From: Octopus vulgaris
Lineage: Eukaryota
Reading direction: 5' to 3'
Length of the DNA: 64,000 nucleotides
Assembly (NCBI GenBank): GCA_951406725.2
Contig: OX597821.1
Coordinates: forward strand, 105,648,001-105,712,000
Below the pieces are notes generated by a model, which saw only the letters and a list, made by a program, of their open reading frames with translations, was not told where the DNA came from and did not search any database. The translations under genes and the position numbers were made by a program. The stretch's first letter is position 1. Each line of letters begins with the position of its first letter. Shown here one piece after another: positions 59,401-64,000 of the stretch.

Positions 59401-61087
59401 GTGTGTGGGGAGAGATAGAGTGAGAGAGAGAGATACATATATATATATATATATAAATATATGCGTGCGTGTGTATGTGTGGCTCTGCGTGTGTTTCTAT
59501 ATTAGTCTGTCAGTTGACGATAAATAAATTGTTCCACCATTATTTCATGCTTTGCACTGAGAGAGTTCAACGAACAATTGTATAACGGTTCGCATAAAAA
59601 CACACAACTTCACTATACTTTCGAATCAGAGTACTCTGAAAAAGAAATAAAATTATTTATATCTTACACTATCACAAATGTTAAAAAAACATCTCGATAA
59701 AACTTCAAAATAGAAAAAATCACTTACATTCTAGTAGTAAACCAGTCACTACTTTCCAGTAGTAAACTAGAATATTGATCTAACATGTTCACACTTGAGA
59801 AGTCATTAATGAATATACCGTTACTCATTCAATATATCTTTCGCCGTTGAAACATAGAAGTGAAGTTGGTCGAGTTGGTGGAGTGTAACTGATATAATGG
59901 GTTCGGTAAAGTAAGTTTCTTTTATAAGATGTAACGATAATATATACTTACACCTGTCAATTACATGTGCACACTCCAAGGAGCCAATGGGTATGCTTCT
60001 ATGCGGTCGAATGGCCTGCTAAAAATATGAGCAGAATGTCCATCAAATAACATACTATCCTTTAGAAAAAAACGTACATTGTATTGGTGAATATATTCGC
60101 AGATTACAATATCGGAATAAAAGCAGAACAATCGGGATATCTCTGATGAAAAGGTAGGTTGATGTAATTGGTTTAAATAACAACGAATACACCAGCAGTA
60201 ACAAGAAAACAGCTTTATCAATGCATCAAAAATACAGTGCACCGTATTTCGTTCATTTAGTATTAGTGGAAATCCGCTTTGATTTATAAGTAATTTTAGT
60301 TTGCAAAGATACACGTCTCGAAATAATCTAATTTAAAATAAAAACTGTAATCTTTTAAAACTCATCTCGTTCACTAGGAAAGTAACAAATATATAAAAAA
60401 AACACTTGCATATGTCTTCAAATGCATAAGATGTAAGAAAAATATTCAATGCAAAAATATTTCGACAACAATGGACAATTATGAAAACTATGTTATATAA
60501 ACAGCGGAAATATCATAACCTGTACACTATAATTATCATGTGAAACATGGAAAATCGCATCGTCGTTAACTGCTTTAGTTTTTAAATATTTGTGTATTGG
60601 GGGGCATCAGAAATGCATTGCCTTGTAACTATTGCTACGGTATTATATTAATGATTAATTACAAATATATTTGTGCTGCAATTAGAAATTTCCTTTCGTA
60701 ATTCTAATAAGATATCAATATGCTTAGAGATATTGTAATATATGCTATAATTATCTCCCAAGTAGCCAACATATTTCCACAATAGATTTAGTTGATAATT
60801 TATACAGACCTATATTTTACGCAGACGAAAATTATCCAATTCTGAAAGTTCTCTTACCGAACGACTACGATAATCTAACTCCCTATATTTTGGTATAGGA
60901 TCCAAGTTTTATAATTATGCATGCTTTCCATATCGTAGCAGAAAAGTCGAGGAAGTAGGATGCTGTAGCAAAAAGCATTACAGAGGAGATGTTTACTCTG
61001 TCCATAACGGTTATAGTCTTCACAAAACCGGACGATGTTAGAGAGAATGTCCAGCATTATTTTTTAGACTTTATATTCTAGGTCTAT

Positions 61088-61258
61088 GGGCGCTGGAGTG
61101 GCTGTGTGATAAGTAGCTTGAGTAGCAACCACATGGTTTCTGGTTCAGTCCTACTGCGTGGCACCTTAGACAAGTGTCTTCTTCAATAGCCGCGGGTCTA
61201 TTGCATCCTTATTAGTGGATTTGGTAGATGGAAACTGAAAGAAGCCCGCCGTATAATT

Positions 61259-61300
<42 letters not shown>

Positions 61301-61517
61301 TTATGCGTGTGTGTATATATATGTTTGTGTGTCTGTGTTTGTTCTACACAACATCGTTTGACAACCGATGCTGGAGTGTTTACATACTCGTAACATTAGC
61401 AGTTCAGTAAAATACTCCGATAGAATAAGTACTAGGCGTACAATGAATAAGTCGATTTGCTGGACTAAAGTCGGTGCTCCAGCATGGCCGCAGTCAAATC
61501 ACAGAAACAAATTAAAG
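61088..61517 (+). mobile_element. Full-length SINE family B, diverged
   Basis: gggcgctggagtggctgtgtg head through gtgctccagcatggccgcagtcaaat tail. Confidence 0.85.
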
Positions 61518-61711
61518 AATATGTATTTTCCTATCGACAAAGTTCATGCAATGGTTTATGTATTGCCTTGTCATTCTGATTAGTATGACAGCTAACCAAT
61601 TGTATCTGGATATCACTAAATACATTCAATAAAAAATCGTTACACTGCTTAAGTACACTCATTCACATGTGTCTACTTCTCTTATAATAATGCCGCTGCG
61701 ATATATTTTTT

Positions 61712-62010
61712 GCGCCCTTTACAAGCCTAGCCAGGCTCATGGGCCCGGTTTCCCGGTTTCTGTGGCATATGTGTTCCCCCCAGCTGGACGGGACGCCAGT
61801 CCATCGCAGCGTTACCTAAGGAACAGGAAAAAAGAGGGACAGAAATTTGGGGCGAAAGAGTACCACAGGGGTCGCCACCACCCTGTACCGGAGCCTCGTG
61901 GAACTTTAGGTATTTTCGCTCAATAAACACACAGAACGCCCGGTCTGGGAATTGAAACCGCGATCCTCCGACAGCGAGTCTGCTACCCTAACCACTGGGC
62001 CATTGCGCCT
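61712..62010 (-). mobile_element. tRNA-derived SINE, family D (V-domain-like segment)
   Basis: Minus strand head aggcgcaatggcccagtggttaggg, B box ggtttcaattcc, segment ctgcgatggactggcgtcccgtccag, tail gaaaccgggaaaccgggcccatgagcc. Confidence 0.8.
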
Positions 62011-62232
62011 CAGAATAAATGTTTCCCAGTTTCAGTGGCACAGAAATTCCACACCTGGACGGGACGCCGCTCCGTCGCAGGATTACTCATTATTGCCAGC
62101 TGAGTAGACTGGAGCAACGTGAAAAATGATGTGTTTTGCTCAAGAACACAACGCACCGCGCGATCCAGGAATCGAAACCACAACCTAACGATCATGAGTT
62201 CGACACCCTAACCACTAAGCCACGCGCCTCTA
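62011..62232 (-). mobile_element. tRNA-derived SINE, family C head with family D 3' segment
   Basis: Minus strand aggcgcgtggcttagtggttaggg, ggtttcgattcc, ctcagctggcaataatgagt, cctgcgacggagcggcgtcccgtccag. Confidence 0.8.
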
Positions 62233-62772
62233 CGCTGCTCTATATTCCCTTGTGTTAGTATGAACTGTAAAGGTAATTATTCAATCGCGAATGAATCATT
62301 AACTGTAATACACACTAATGAATGCCTCTGGAGATTATAATTTTGGACAGCAACAAAAGCAAATTACATATTAGAAATGCTTATGTTGAAATAATAAATT
62401 ATATATTTATATTTTCATCGTTCATAATAATCAGGCAGAGATAATTGTTGATTCCGATAATTAGCGCTGGTATATCGCTAATACCATGCAGTAAATTAGT
62501 TCAGCACACAATAGCAAGTGACACATTAAATTAAGATACATTCACCAATTAATAAAATGCTCGATAAATATGCTAGCAAAAGGTGAAAACTGTTACAAGT
62601 TAACAATTTAATTTATAAATAGTAAAGTGATAATCCTTATAGTAAATGTGTATTTATTTGCACCAATGGGACGACCTACAAGACCCATTATACATGTCGA
62701 TAGAATCGTTCTTAAAAATAATTTCAAAAATCATCTTATCTGTGTAACATAATGTAAAAAAAAACAGAATTA

Positions 62773-63189
62773 GGATCTTTTCGGTTTGAACGACAGTTTT
62801 TTTTAAATAATTTCCACGTAACTAAACACTTTTAAACTTTGTATACTGGTAGAATGTGTTTATAAAATATATTTTTCTTTTGGCTTTATTGAGAAAATTC
62901 TATAGTTTGTAAGATATTTGTTGTTTTTTTCTTCAATTTCTGCAATTTCAACCAATCAATGACGTCTATTGAGGCGAAAAACATTCTGTGCCGTATGAAT
63001 ATGTACCTCTTTTAAGAAACTGGTTGGGTTTATTTACATTTGTGAAGAAAAATGATACCCCACTAACCCTAACTAACCCTAACTCTAAAACAGATTGAAA
63101 TGCAATAGATCGATACTAGAGTCATAATTATAAGAGAAAATTTCATATGATACCGCTAGAAAAAACTGCCATTCAAACCGAAAAGATCT
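62773..63189. mobile_element. Non-autonomous DNA transposon (Merlin-like MITE)
   Basis: TIRs ggatcttttcggtttgaa / ttcaaaccgaaaagatct; exact 8-bp TSD cagaatta at 62765-62772 and 63190-63197. Confidence 0.85.
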
Positions 63190-63329
63190 CAGAATTAACA
63201 TCTTATAGGGTGCAATGAAAGCAATGGCTAAGATTTCTCGTGGCAAAATAATACATTTTATAATACATTTCCTTATTAAATGTCACCCACACAAATTTTT
63301 AAATGTTTTTTAATACCAGCCGATGAAGA

Positions 63330-64000
63330 TATCCTTTCTACTCTAGGCGCAAAGCCTGAAATTTTGGGGGAAGTGGGGCCGTCGATTAGATCCAACTATT
63401 CAACTCTATTCCGGTACATGTCAGAAATCTATTAGGATGCAGTGTGGAATCATTCAAATTGCAGCTGGATAGATACTTAAGCACCATTAGAGATGAACCC
63501 CATCTCCCAGGATATACACAACGAGCACAAACTGACTCAAACTCGCTCCTACACATGTCAAAATTAAACAGAGAATACAACCTGGCAACCACACCAGACT
63601 CTGAGGGTGGAGTCTTCGACTTGGCCTGAGCATGGACTCAAACTCAAATGAAATGAAATGAAATGAAATGAAATGAAATGAAATGAAAACCCCAGTACGT
63701 AACTTGTACTTACTTTATCGACCCCGAAAGGATGAAAGGAAAAGTTGACCTAGATGGAATTAGAACTCAGAGCATAAGAGCAGTCGAAATACCTATTTCT
63801 TTACTACCCACAATGGGCTAAACACAGAGAGTACAAACAAGGACAGACAAACAGATCAAATAGATTATATCTACCCCAGTGCGTAACTGGTACTTATTTA
63901 ATCGACCTCGAAAAGATGAAAGGCAAAGTCGATCTCGGTGGAATTTGAACTCAGAATGTAGTGGCAGTCGAAATACCGCTAAGAATTTCACCCGGCGTGC
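63330..64000 (-). mobile_element. SINE family A, dimeric-core form, interrupted by a LINE fragment; head runs off the window
   Basis: Core ccccagt.cgtaact.gtactta..atcgacc.cgaaa.gatgaaagg occurs twice (63690, 63874). The tail resumes left of 63392. Confidence 0.8.
63392..63689 (+). mobile_element. 5'-truncated Proto2-like LINE 3' end with (AAATG)n tail
   Basis: QLFNSIPVHVRNL..VESFKLQLDRYLSTIRDEPHLPGYTQRAQTDSNSLL; (gaaat)n at 63646-63688. Confidence 0.85.

Overview
This is AT-rich eukaryotic DNA, saturated with (TA)n/(CA)n/(TAA)n microsatellites. The SINE families and LINE mix suggest an octopus or other coleoid cephalopod genome (inference). I found no convincing host protein-coding exon; almost all short ORFs in the track are microsatellite translations or antisense to transposon ORFs. 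The window is a transposon landscape: a near-intact CR1-type LINE (+, ~18.7-21.8 kb); an uninterrupted APE-RT LINE with two in-frame CCCH zinc fingers sitting in a (TA)n tract (-, 22.1-25.7 kb); three related decayed Proto2-like LINE copies; two R4/Dong-like and one HERO-like RLE LINE fragments; mariner remnants; Helitrons; a Merlin-like MITE; foldback elements; and more than 20 tRNA-derived SINE copies of about four families. The most interesting signals are RNA-structural: (i) a hammerhead-like motif with non-canonical strand order in the HERO 3' UTR; (ii) a tRNA-headed SINE ending in a Penelope-type minimal hammerhead and bounded by a candidate TSD; (iii) further minimal hammerheads, including U3-A8 core variants, in short TA-embedded elements; and (iv) a 3' stem-loop shared, with compensatory changes, between the dominant SINE and the Proto2-like LINEs. 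All family names come from motif recognition by eye. Boundaries of decayed elements are approximate.
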